Below, piece after piece: positions 25,304 to 33,662 of a stretch of DNA of 64,000 nt (its first letter is position 1; each line of letters begins with the position of its first letter). A program made the translations under genes and the position numbers. The stretch is from positions 207,021 to 271,020 of the forward strand of contig CAZVRA010000002.1 of NCBI GenBank assembly GCA_964630055.1, given 5' to 3'. The notes under the pieces were generated by a model. It did not search any database, was not told the DNA's origin, and saw only the letters and a program-made list of their open reading frames with translations. Source of the stretch: an uncultured Candidatus Saccharibacteria bacterium (GTDB taxonomy: Bacteria > Patescibacteriota > Saccharimonadia > Saccharimonadales > CAZVRA01).

Positions 25304-25314
25304 GCTATCGCGGC
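25239..25314 (-). tRNA. tRNA-Thr (GGT)
   Basis: GCCGCGA/TCGTGGC acceptor, GCTC..GAGC D-arm, CATGC/GCATG anticodon stem with loop ATGGTAA, GCCGG-TTCAATC-CCGGC T-arm, encoded TCCA. Confidence 0.92.
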
Positions 25315-25912
25315 ATTTCTGGACTTCGTTGACAATTATGTCTCTAAATTTTTTATTATGAAAGTAAACGGTAAGCACGCCATTTTTATTTTTGTGACGA
25401 TACGTTCCAACTTTCGTGGATATTGTAACAGTTATTTTGTAAAATTGCGAACTTTCTGCGCCAACTTTTGTCATCCAAAATTTTTTTGCAGATTCTGCAT
25501 CAACATCCGAAAATATTTGCAAGCCAAAACGAAGATCAGCAAAGGAAACATCATAAATTTCAATTAAGAACTTAATAAACACCTTTATTAGATCTGGATC
25601 TGTATTTCCTAGTCTGACCGAGTACTTATTGGCCTTATTACCTTCTCCCCAGTATAGTCCTATGCCAATGCCAAAAAGCAAGGCATTAGCCTCAAATATT
25701 TTAGGATTAGGATTAAATGGGTCTCCATGCGGGTTGTTCTTGCAATATAGGGCTTCACTCCTTGAGCGTCTTGGTATACCATACCTATCCATCCAGTATT
25801 GGACTTTATGAATCGAGCAGTTTAATGTGCTGGCAACCTCTTTCATAGAAAGTCTCTGCACAGTATACAATTCTTGAAGCTTCTTCTTCTCGATCTTAGT
25901 CATTTTGGGCAT
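25277..25912 (-). CDS. HTH + LAGLIDADG-like homing endonuclease family protein (putative)
   Basis: N-terminal HTH-like LSMKEVASTLNCSIHKVQYWMDRYGI. The single LLFGIGIGLYWGEGNK block resembles a LAGLIDADG motif. The last 38 nt overlap the 5' half of tRNA-Thr, and the stop TAA lies in the anticodon loop. Confidence 0.55.
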   Translation of the reverse strand: MPKMTKIEKKKLQELYTVQRLSMKEVASTLNCSIHKVQYWMDRYGIPRRSRSEALYCKNNPHGDPFNPNPKIFEANALLFGIGIGLYWGEGNKANKYSVRLGNTDPDLIKVFIKFLIEIYDVSFADLRFGLQIFSDVDAESAKKFWMTKVGAESSQFYKITVTISTKVGTYRHKNKNGVLTVYFHNKKFRDIIVNEVQKCRDSSVGRAHAW

Positions 25913-25958
25913 AGAGCGATTCTAACATACAAATCGATAGAACCTTGTAAACAGGTGA

Positions 25959-26267
25959 TTATAGTCCATTACGGTCCTGGTAGGACTCTAATATTCTGGC
26001 TGACCTTATTTCTGCTTGCCTGGCCTCGCTGTAGTCACTGATATTTATTTTGGTAATAATTCCGAGTAGTGCGGCGCTACCGAGGCTTATCGCTGCAGCT
26101 TGGTAATGTTCGGTGGCTACATTGATTACGGTCAGCGCTGCTTCTGCGGCTACACCAACAGATGTAAATACCAGCGCTCTGCCACATGCTTTACGCATTT
26201 TTTCATCAGCAACATTGTCTAACTGCCGTTGATGATATTCGTTAGAAAAATCGGAGGCTTCTGTCAT
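25959..26267 (-). CDS. small membrane protein, hypothetical
   Basis: 102 aa with two hydrophobic helices. AT-rich context between tRNA genes. Confidence 0.45.
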   Translation of the reverse strand: MTEASDFSNEYHQRQLDNVADEKMRKACGRALVFTSVGVAAEAALTVINVATEHYQAAAISLGSAALLGIITKINISDYSEARQAEIRSARILESYQDRNGL

Positions 26268-26357
26268 GTTACCGTCCCTGCGCTGTTTACTTAGTATTCG
26301 GTTTATTCGTATTATACATCTGTTGTGCTATATAATGATGACTTTAGGAAAATTATG

Positions 26358-26705
26358 TCAAGGTTTGACGTTGACCAGTCCGTAGATTGGTAGCAAGATT
26401 ATTTCAGAAATAATAAAAAATATCAGTGGCGATAAAACTAATGGGGTTATAAAAAATACTAATAACTGATTCCGCTTAGTTTGCTCTTTGATGGTGGTTT
26501 TGAAATAAGATAAAGCTGCAACCCCAGATAAAATAAGACCGATACCAATGCTAATAATTACCAAGGGCTGGTTGAATCCTATTGCTTGATCAGTATGCTG
26601 GATTTGAAGCTGTAGGACTTTACTGATTATCATTGCCTGACCAAAAAAGGCAATAATTGATACCAAAAATACGTAAAAATAAGGTGATTTTACATTTGGT
26701 TTCAT
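26358..26705 (-). CDS. small multi-pass membrane protein, hypothetical
   Basis: 115 aa with 3 hydrophobic helices. Confidence 0.5.
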   Translation of the reverse strand: MKPNVKSPYFYVFLVSIIAFFGQAMIISKVLQLQIQHTDQAIGFNQPLVIISIGIGLILSGVAALSYFKTTIKEQTKRNQLLVFFITPLVLSPLIFFIISEIILLPIYGLVNVKP

Positions 26706-26838
26706 CGTTCTTACTGTGACCTAGCCTTAGAATTATTAGTAATTGCCCAACGAACTTTGTACATTGACTTATTGCTTGCAGGACATTTCATATTATAACT
26801 ATATATAAAAGTTCTGACGTTCACAACGCGTCTATGTG

Positions 26839-26924
26839 TGGTGCAGGGAGAGGGATTCGAACCCCCGAAGGCGAATGCCAGCAGATTTACAGTCTGCCGT
26901 GTTTGACCGCTTCACTATCCCTGC
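26839..26924 (-). tRNA. tRNA-Tyr (GTA)
   Basis: GCAGGGA/TCCCTGC acceptor, anticodon loop CTGTAAA, long variable arm (bacterial class II Tyr), T-loop TTCGAAT, encoded ACCA. Confidence 0.9.
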
Positions 26925-26950
26925 AAATATTAAGAATTGTTAAGTTTGTT

Positions 26951-27027
26951 TGGAGCCGCCTGTCGGATTCGAACCGACGACCCTCGGTTTACAAAACCGA
27001 TGCTCTAACCAACTGAGCTAAGGCGGC
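26951..27027 (-). tRNA. tRNA-Thr (TGT)
   Basis: GCCGCCT/AGGCGGC acceptor, anticodon stem TCGGT/ACCGA with loop TTTGTAA, GTCGG-TTCGAAT-CCGAC T-arm, encoded TCCA. Confidence 0.92.
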
Positions 27028-27089
27028 AGATGCGCGCGACACTATATAATCGTTACATGGCGCTGCAAATTAGTGTAGCAAAACAGGGG

Positions 27090-27746
27090 TTAAATAACAA
27101 CCCGCCTGGTTGGGCGAATTACGCGTTTTGGCTTGCCCTTGGGCACTACCAGTTTGCGCAAACGCTGCTCGACTTGGTCGGCAGCCTCGGCCAGCCCGTT
27201 ATTGCGGTAGGCTCCCTCTAGTAATTGCAGCGTTTCTTTGTTGGGCTCCAGCTCGACGGCTCGCTCTAGTTCCTCTATCATGCGCTTATGGTTGCCTAAT
27301 TTTTCTTGGACTTTGGCATAAGCAATATGACGAGCGGCAAATTGGTCTTCGAGCTTAAGGGCTTGCTCAAAGGCAATAGCCGCTTTTTCGTAATTTTCGG
27401 TTTCGTAATAAATGAGCCCTAAGTTGTGCAGGCTGGAAGGCGTGGCCTCTATGCTGCTGGCAATTTCGAAGCAATCTATGGCGTCGCGGTACTCTTTTTG
27501 TTTGGCGTATAAAATGCCTAGGCGGTTGTAGGCGGCGGCGTTTCGTTGGTCGATTTTAAGAATTGTCAGCAAGGCCTTTTCGGCCCGCAAACTGCGGTTT
27601 TCGCGCATGCCCTGATGGGCAATGTCCCACAACTTCCCGACTTTGTCGGTTATTTTACGCGGAAATTCGGATAGTTCTTCGTTGCGAATCCGACTGTTTT
27701 TTATGGCTAGTAGCCCAAAGCCAAGGACCAATGCAAGTTCGTACAT
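27090..27746 (-). CDS. membrane-anchored tetratricopeptide repeat protein
   Basis: N-terminal hydrophobic helix, then repeated AxxYxxLGxxYxxxxxYxxAIxxFExAL TPR units. Confidence 0.75.
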   Translation of the reverse strand: MYELALVLGFGLLAIKNSRIRNEELSEFPRKITDKVGKLWDIAHQGMRENRSLRAEKALLTILKIDQRNAAAYNRLGILYAKQKEYRDAIDCFEIASSIEATPSSLHNLGLIYYETENYEKAAIAFEQALKLEDQFAARHIAYAKVQEKLGNHKRMIEELERAVELEPNKETLQLLEGAYRNNGLAEAADQVEQRLRKLVVPKGKPKRVIRPTRRVVI

Positions 27747-27799
27747 GTGCCTAATAGTATAGCATATTTATTGTTTTGCCCGAATTTTTGCGCTAGGCG

Positions 27800-28732
27800 T
27801 TAAAGGTTTAAAAACAGATTGGTCAGTAAAAGTTTAGAGTTTGGATTAGCTTGCAGCGAATCTTGGGACATAACTATGGCTTCTAGCCGTCTGTTCCAAG
27901 CTTTAATTTGGCCTGTTGGCTGATTTTTGGCCGATAAAGACGCCTGGGCTATTTGGCTAATAGCTGCCATAGAAATGCGCTGCAGAGCATCCAACAGGGG
28001 CGGAATTGTGTCTTTTTGCTTGCTAAAACTGTCTACGCTGCATAAGCGTTCAAATTTGGTTTGGCGCAGTAGCTTTTTGGCTTGCTCAATACTCTTGTTC
28101 AGCGACTCAGTGTCCTTGCCTTTTAGAATGTTCTCTAGCAAAACAGATTGGCCGCCGCTTAAATGGTATGCCTTTGTAATGTCTGCCTGTCTAAAGCCCA
28201 AAGCACCGAAATACTTTTGAGCATCAGGTAAGCCAATTGCCTGCACCAATAATTGCCTGCACCGCGAAGTAATAGTCGGCAGCATGGCTTCGGCTTGGGT
28301 AGCTATCAAAAAAAGTACTGTGTCATTTGGTGGTTCTTCCAAAAGTTTGAGCAGCGCATTCTGCGCTTCGGTGGTTTGCTGCTCGGCCTGATGCAGTATG
28401 ATTAGCCGTCTAATGTGGTCTGTGGCCGAGTTTTGGACTGAGCCTTTGGGTTCAGATCTGGGTATTTTTAATTTGGTGAAATTTATGGCACTGCGAATAT
28501 CATCGATGCCAGATGGTGACTTTTGCCCCAATATTAGGACGTAAGGATTTTTGCTCAAATCAATGGTGTTACTGGCCGCACTGCCTAGCAGTTGCCAAGC
28601 CAAATATTCGACTATTTGCCGACGGCCACTGCCAGCCGCCCCCGTCACCAGCAAGGCATGAGTGGGGTCACTTAAAAAAGAGTCAATTTGGGCTTTAGTA
28701 GCTTGATTAATGGCGAGTTTCGGCGTGCTCAT
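27800..28732 (-). CDS. holB: DNA polymerase III subunit delta'
   Basis: HALLVTGAAGSGRRQ P-loop-like, LLKLLEEPP box, and TITSRCRQL sensor motif. Confidence 0.8.
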   Translation of the reverse strand: MSTPKLAINQATKAQIDSFLSDPTHALLVTGAAGSGRRQIVEYLAWQLLGSAASNTIDLSKNPYVLILGQKSPSGIDDIRSAINFTKLKIPRSEPKGSVQNSATDHIRRLIILHQAEQQTTEAQNALLKLLEEPPNDTVLFLIATQAEAMLPTITSRCRQLLVQAIGLPDAQKYFGALGFRQADITKAYHLSGGQSVLLENILKGKDTESLNKSIEQAKKLLRQTKFERLCSVDSFSKQKDTIPPLLDALQRISMAAISQIAQASLSAKNQPTGQIKAWNRRLEAIVMSQDSLQANPNSKLLLTNLFLNL

Positions 28733-29619
28733 AGATCAGCCGTCTTAGTTTTTTTGGCCTGGGCCGATAGTTGCTGGTCGAATTCTGCTGGAATCTTGGC
28801 TTTAAAAACTTTTGTTGCACCATTAGGCAGAGTTATTGCTAGTTGACTGGCGTGTAAAAAAACTCGGCTAGACGGTGCGGCTCCATAAAGTGTGTCACCA
28901 ACAATTGGGTGTCCAAAATGCGCCATATGAACTCGCAACTGATGAGTGCGGCCTGTCTTTGGCATCAGCTGGACCAGACTGAGTCCGTTAGCTTGGCTAA
29001 TTGTCTGATAAATAGTTTCGGCTGGCTTGCCACCCGCTCCAACCCTAAAAGTTTGTGGTTTTTTGGGGTTACGCTCTATTGGCATATCTATTAAAGCAGC
29101 TTCGGGCTTGAGGTTTCCCTCAACAATGGCCACGTAAGTTTTTTGCACCTGGCGTTCGGCAAATTGTTTTTGTAGCCACTGGTAAGCCTCGGTCGTTTTG
29201 GCGCAAATAATTACGCCCGAAGTTATCCGGTCCAACCTATGCACAATTCCGCCTCGCTCTTTGCCGGGATCATCTATTTGTGGCTCGATAAAAGTCGCAA
29301 CTGTAGCCTCTGGGTTAAAGCCGCCTTTGCTATGTGTTAGCAGGCCAGCAGGTTTGTTGATGACTAGGCAGTCACTATCTTGGTACAAAATTGGTAAATC
29401 AATCTGAGGTATGTCGCTCGATGTTAATGGATTATAGTCGGCCTCTACAGTGTCGCCTGACTTTATTTTTGTGCCTGGCTTGGTGACGACTTTGCCGTTT
29501 AGCCTAACGGCGCCCTCCTTGCACAGGTGGCTGACTAATGAGCGGCTTAAGCCCCCTAGCTCGCGTAACACATAGGTATCTAGTCTTTCTGGATGGTCTA
29601 TTTGGACAACTTTTTTCAT
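28729..29619 (-). CDS. rluD: RluA-family 23S rRNA pseudouridine synthase
   Basis: N-terminal S4 domain, catalytic HRLDRITSGVIICAKT, and TGRTHQLRVH motif. Confidence 0.85.
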   Translation of the reverse strand: MKKVVQIDHPERLDTYVLRELGGLSRSLVSHLCKEGAVRLNGKVVTKPGTKIKSGDTVEADYNPLTSSDIPQIDLPILYQDSDCLVINKPAGLLTHSKGGFNPEATVATFIEPQIDDPGKERGGIVHRLDRITSGVIICAKTTEAYQWLQKQFAERQVQKTYVAIVEGNLKPEAALIDMPIERNPKKPQTFRVGAGGKPAETIYQTISQANGLSLVQLMPKTGRTHQLRVHMAHFGHPIVGDTLYGAAPSSRVFLHASQLAITLPNGATKVFKAKIPAEFDQQLSAQAKKTKTADL

Positions 29620-29633
29620 GGCTGTTACCGGCC

Positions 29634-30665
29634 TTAGCGCAGACCAACAGCTTTTTGGACGCGCAGTAAGGTTTGATTGGCCATCTGATTCATTTGGGCT
29701 TCGGAGCTTTGCAGTTTGCCGAGGATTATTTTATCGTCCACAGTAGCTAGCTTGGTTTGAAAGTCCTCCAAAAAGTCACTAACTGCTGTGGCTACCGCTT
29801 GCTTGAGTGGTCCGTATTGAGTCTGACCGTCATACTCGGCAGCTATGTCATTAACAGTTTGACTGCGCAGTAAAGCTAATATTTGTAGTAAGTTAGCAAT
29901 ACCAGGCTGATCTTTGGGGCTGTATTTAATACTGCCGAGGCTGTCGGTGGCGGCACTGATAATTTTTTTAGCAGCTAGCTCTGGGTTGTCGCTCAAAAAA
30001 ATTATGCCTTTGTCGCTGTCGTCCGATTTGCTCATTTTTTTGTTCGGGTCGGCTAAGTCTTTTATACGCAAACCTTGGTCATTACCAAAAAAGCTATGCT
30101 GCTTTTGAACTGGCTCAGGTATGGTAAAAAGTTCTTGGTCGAATTGCCGATTGAGCCGCAGCCCAATGTCGCGGGTAATTTCGAGATGTTGAGACTGATC
30201 ATCCCCAACTGGAACATAAGTTGCGCCGTAAAGCAAAATATCGGCGGCCATTAATACCGGATAGTCAAACAAGCCAACACTCACTCGATCCGATCCGAGC
30301 TTGACCGCTTTGTCTTTGAACTGAGTCATTCGCTCCATTTCGCCAATGCCAGTAAAGCAGTTGAGAATAATTGTCAGCTCGCTATGTGCTGGCACATAAC
30401 TTTGACGATAAATATGAACGTCTGGGTTGTCCAGCGGCAAGCCAGCAGCTGCAAAAATGCGCAAGTTCTGCATTATTTGATCTTGCAGCTTGGAATGGTC
30501 GATTGGTGTCGTAAAACTATGCAAATCCGGCACGAATAAATTAATCTGATACTCGCCGGCGCGATGCTTAGCCATATCAATTAGTGGCAACAACGCGCCA
30601 AAGTAGTTGCCAATGTGGAGGTCGTTGTTGGCTCTTAGTCCGGTTAAAATGATTGGCTTGCTCAT
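29634..30665 (-). CDS. trpS: tryptophan--tRNA ligase
   Basis: GLRANNDLHIGNYFGAL (HIGH-like) and KMSKS present, 343 aa. Confidence 0.9.
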   Translation of the reverse strand: MSKPIILTGLRANNDLHIGNYFGALLPLIDMAKHRAGEYQINLFVPDLHSFTTPIDHSKLQDQIMQNLRIFAAAGLPLDNPDVHIYRQSYVPAHSELTIILNCFTGIGEMERMTQFKDKAVKLGSDRVSVGLFDYPVLMAADILLYGATYVPVGDDQSQHLEITRDIGLRLNRQFDQELFTIPEPVQKQHSFFGNDQGLRIKDLADPNKKMSKSDDSDKGIIFLSDNPELAAKKIISAATDSLGSIKYSPKDQPGIANLLQILALLRSQTVNDIAAEYDGQTQYGPLKQAVATAVSDFLEDFQTKLATVDDKIILGKLQSSEAQMNQMANQTLLRVQKAVGLR

Positions 30666-30717
30666 ACTAATAGATATTATACGGTAATATTGGGTTTTTA
30701 TGGAACTGTTTATTCGT

Positions 30718-30909
30718 CTATTCGTCTATTCGTCCGGGGCTGTCGGCTATTATGATGTCCTTTTTTATAGACCTCTCCACTATAAGCTCGGCTATATCTA
30801 TTAAACTGCGTTTGTCGGTGGGATCTATGCTTATGCCTTCGCTTTGGATGATTGCAGCTGCCTCATGCGGAGATAGCCTGGGATTTTGCTCTGTTATTTT
30901 GTTTATCAT
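30718..30909 (-). CDS. hypothetical small protein
   Basis: 63 aa ORF only. No recognisable motif. Confidence 0.3.
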   Translation of the reverse strand: MINKITEQNPRLSPHEAAAIIQSEGISIDPTDKRSLIDIAELIVERSIKKDIIIADSPGRIDE

Positions 30910-30964
30910 TATTCCTCACTGTCTAGTTATTGCAAGCTATATAATAATATTATACAATTAGTTT

Positions 30965-31285
30965 ATGAAAAATACACCACAACTGCCTATGATATCGGTT
31001 CAAGAAGCAGTTCAAGCATTAGATACTGCTCCATTGGACTTTGAGCCAGATCCGAGCGAGACGGTTGCTGGTGGATATGCTGAGGTTTGCAGCAACGTTT
31101 GCCCCGCCAATTTAGAAGTGCGCCAGGAACTCAAAGGATGGGGCTGTCGGGTTATAGGTGCTGGTTGCTTGAGCCTGTGCGGCTCTCAAGGTGGGCGACC
31201 AGATAACGGGGCTTACGCACGAATTAATTATGCTCACGAAAATGCTTCGGCTACGGTCGTAGCCATATGTTTGCCTAAAAAATAA
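30965..31285 (+). CDS. hypothetical Cys-rich small protein
   Basis: 106 aa with 7 Cys. No recognisable family. Confidence 0.35.
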   Translation: MKNTPQLPMISVQEAVQALDTAPLDFEPDPSETVAGGYAEVCSNVCPANLEVRQELKGWGCRVIGAGCLSLCGSQGGRPDNGAYARINYAHENASATVVAICLPKK

Positions 31286-31295
31286 GACAAATAAT

Positions 31296-31703
31296 CTAGC
31301 GTTTTGTAAACTGTCGTTGTTTGCGAGCGCCCTTAAGACCAAACTTCTTGCGTTCTTTTTCGCGTGGGTCACGGCCCAGTAGGTCTGCTCGTTTAAGAGT
31401 GCTCTTGTAGTCTTCGTTTAAAACAACCAATGCCTTAGCTATGCCTAGACTGATTGCCTCTACCTGACCATTGTGGCCGCCACCGCTAACCATTATGCTG
31501 GCATCGTACTTATTGTTTTGCTCTAGGGCTGTAAACGGAGCGTCCATTTTAACCAACATAAGCTTACTGTCGCCAAAATATTCGTTAGCAGGCTTGCCGT
31601 TGATTGTAATATTGCCTTTGCCTGGCTGCAAACGCACTCGAGCTGTAGCGCTTTTGCGACGACCAAGTGCATAAAAATAGTTTTTGGAATCTTTTGTAGC
31701 CAT
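31296..31703 (-). CDS. rpsI: 30S ribosomal protein S9
   Basis: Ends ...GLKGARKQRQFTKR, the typical S9 C-terminus. Follows rplM. Confidence 0.95.
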   Translation of the reverse strand: MATKDSKNYFYALGRRKSATARVRLQPGKGNITINGKPANEYFGDSKLMLVKMDAPFTALEQNNKYDASIMVSGGGHNGQVEAISLGIAKALVVLNEDYKSTLKRADLLGRDPREKERKKFGLKGARKQRQFTKR

Positions 31704-32155
31704 TATTTACCTTTCTTTAGATGCTTTAGGACTGGCTTTTGAGCTTCGTGGTTGTGGTTGGCATCAACATAAACTTTGAGACGAGCTAAGCGCCCAGCAC
31801 GCAGCTTGTTAACTGGCAGCATTCCACGAATGGCTTGAACAATCACATCAGTAGAGTCTTTGTTCATTTTTTCTTGCAATGTCGCAGCTTTTAAACCGCC
31901 AGGATAGTTGCTGTGACGATAATAGATTTTTTTCTGTTCTTTGCCACCAGTTACAACTAACTTGTCGCTATTGATGACGATTACATAGTCGCCGCAATCG
32001 ACGTGCGATGTTACCATGGGCTTGTCTTTACCGATTAGCAGTCGAGCAGCAACCGTACTAAGACGGCCGAGCGGTGCTTCGGTGGCGTCTAGTATGTGCC
32101 AAGTACGGGTGACATCGGTTGGCTTAGCACTGTAAGTGCGTTGAGATTTATTCAT
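31703..32155 (-). CDS. rplM: 50S ribosomal protein L13
   Basis: WHILDATEAPLGRLST... is a typical L13 N-terminus. Confidence 0.95.
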   Translation of the reverse strand: MNKSQRTYSAKPTDVTRTWHILDATEAPLGRLSTVAARLLIGKDKPMVTSHVDCGDYVIVINSDKLVVTGGKEQKKIYYRHSNYPGGLKAATLQEKMNKDSTDVIVQAIRGMLPVNKLRAGRLARLKVYVDANHNHEAQKPVLKHLKKGK

Positions 32156-32688
32156 TATTTTGACTCCTTAGCAGCAGTAACTTTTTTGGCTGCTGGCTTG
32201 GCTGTCTTGGTTGGCTTAGCTGTCTTGGCAGATTTTGAAGTATCTTTTGCAGTAGGTTTGGTGACTGATTTGCTTGCTTTACTGCTGTCGGCCTTTGCAG
32301 GAGCTTCTTGTTTAGATTCTGCTTGCTTGATATCGTCGACAAAAACAATTTGGGCCATTGCTGCGTTGTCGCCGCGGCGGTTAGCTAGTTTTTCGATACG
32401 CAAATGACCACTGTTACGGCCCGTTAGTTTGGGCGCAATTTCGTCGACAAGCTTATGCGCGCTGTCGATTGTGCTAACTTTTGCAATAATTTGCCGTCGA
32501 TTATGCAAGTCACCTTTTTTTGCTTTGGTGATTAATTTTTCGACATATGGCACTAATTCTTTGGCTTTTGGCAAGGTTGTCTTGATTGATTCGTCGCGAA
32601 TCAGCGAATCAGCCAGACCTTTTATCAAAGCCCGACGCTGATCGCGTTCGCGACCAAATTTTCGTCCTTTATATCCGTGTCGGTGCAT
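32155..32688 (-). CDS. rplQ: 50S ribosomal protein L17 with Lys/Ala/Thr-rich C-terminal tail
   Basis: MHRHGYKGRKFGRERDQRRALIKGL is an L17 N-terminus. Follows rpoA. Confidence 0.93.
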   Translation of the reverse strand: MHRHGYKGRKFGRERDQRRALIKGLADSLIRDESIKTTLPKAKELVPYVEKLITKAKKGDLHNRRQIIAKVSTIDSAHKLVDEIAPKLTGRNSGHLRIEKLANRRGDNAAMAQIVFVDDIKQAESKQEAPAKADSSKASKSVTKPTAKDTSKSAKTAKPTKTAKPAAKKVTAAKESK

Positions 32689-32690
32689 GG

Positions 32691-33647
32691 TTACAGCTCC
32701 AGCTCGCTCATTTTATCTTTTACTTCGTCTAAGGCTTTGCTGCCAAAACCTTTTAGGTCACGTAGTTCGGCGTCGCTAAGACTAAACAGGTCCTTTAGGG
32801 TATGAATGTCGTTGTTGATTAACGCATTAGTGGTACGAGCTGACAAGTTAAGGTCTTCTATGGATGTTAATAGCTCGGTTGGTTCCTCGCCATCGTCGCC
32901 GGACATAGTTGAGTTATCGCGGTGATGGTCTGCGCCAGTCAGGGGTGCGCTAGCTTCAACTCGTGTTTGACCAGCTAAAGCGGTGTATTGGTTGACTAAA
33001 ATAGCGGCTGCTTCTTCGAATGCGTCTTGTGGTGATATTGTGCCATCAGTGTCTATGGTAAGCAGTAGTCTGTCGAGGTTGGTAACTTGCCCAACACGAG
33101 TGTTCTCTACTTTGTAGCGAACTCTAAGCACTGGGCTAAACACGGCGTCCACAGCGATAGAATCGCTAGTCTTTCTGTCGGCGCCTTCTTCGACGGTGTG
33201 ATAACCGCGACCGGTTTCGATATTTAGGTCCATGACGAATTTTGATTTATCGTCATCAAGTGTGGCAATAATATGATCGGGATTAACAATTTCGACATCA
33301 GCGTTCTTGGCTATGTCTTTGGCAGTTATTTTGCCACTGCCGGTTTTGCTAAGTCGCAGAGTATGGCTGTCGCCAGATAAAATTTTGAATCTGACGCCTT
33401 TAAGGTTTAGCATAATGTCTACAACATCCTCTTTAACGCCCTTTAGCGTTGTGAATTCGTGGGCAGCGCCCTCGATTCTAAAGGATGTAACAGCAGCACC
33501 AGCAATGCTAGATAGCAAAACTCGTCGCAATGAGTTACCCAAAGTCATACCGTAGCCAGTATGTAGTGGCTCTATAGTAAAGGTGGCCGATGTTTTGTCT
33601 TGGTTGTCGACTTTTACTAGTCCTGGTGTATGAATCATTTTTGACAT
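32691..33647 (-). CDS. rpoA: DNA-directed RNA polymerase subunit alpha
   Basis: 318 aa. NTD (GNSLRRVLLSSI) and CTD (LNLSARTTNALINNDIHTLKDL). Confidence 0.95.
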   Translation of the reverse strand: MSKMIHTPGLVKVDNQDKTSATFTIEPLHTGYGMTLGNSLRRVLLSSIAGAAVTSFRIEGAAHEFTTLKGVKEDVVDIMLNLKGVRFKILSGDSHTLRLSKTGSGKITAKDIAKNADVEIVNPDHIIATLDDDKSKFVMDLNIETGRGYHTVEEGADRKTSDSIAVDAVFSPVLRVRYKVENTRVGQVTNLDRLLLTIDTDGTISPQDAFEEAAAILVNQYTALAGQTRVEASAPLTGADHHRDNSTMSGDDGEEPTELLTSIEDLNLSARTTNALINNDIHTLKDLFSLSDAELRDLKGFGSKALDEVKDKMSELEL

Positions 33648-33662
33648 TATTATTCGCCTCCC

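Noticed and set aside
25147-25335. ORFs running through tRNA genes (25147..25335 minus, 13231..13470 plus, 26834..27016 plus)
   Set aside because: They are fully explained by tRNA-Thr, tRNA-Trp and tRNA-Tyr/Thr sequences. Peptides such as AIAQLAERMHG and GIRTPEG are typical tRNA-derived artefacts.
30711-30735. Short tandem repeat ATTCGTCT x3
   Set aside because: It is only about 24 bp at the 3' end of a doubtful small ORF. It is too short and isolated to interpret.
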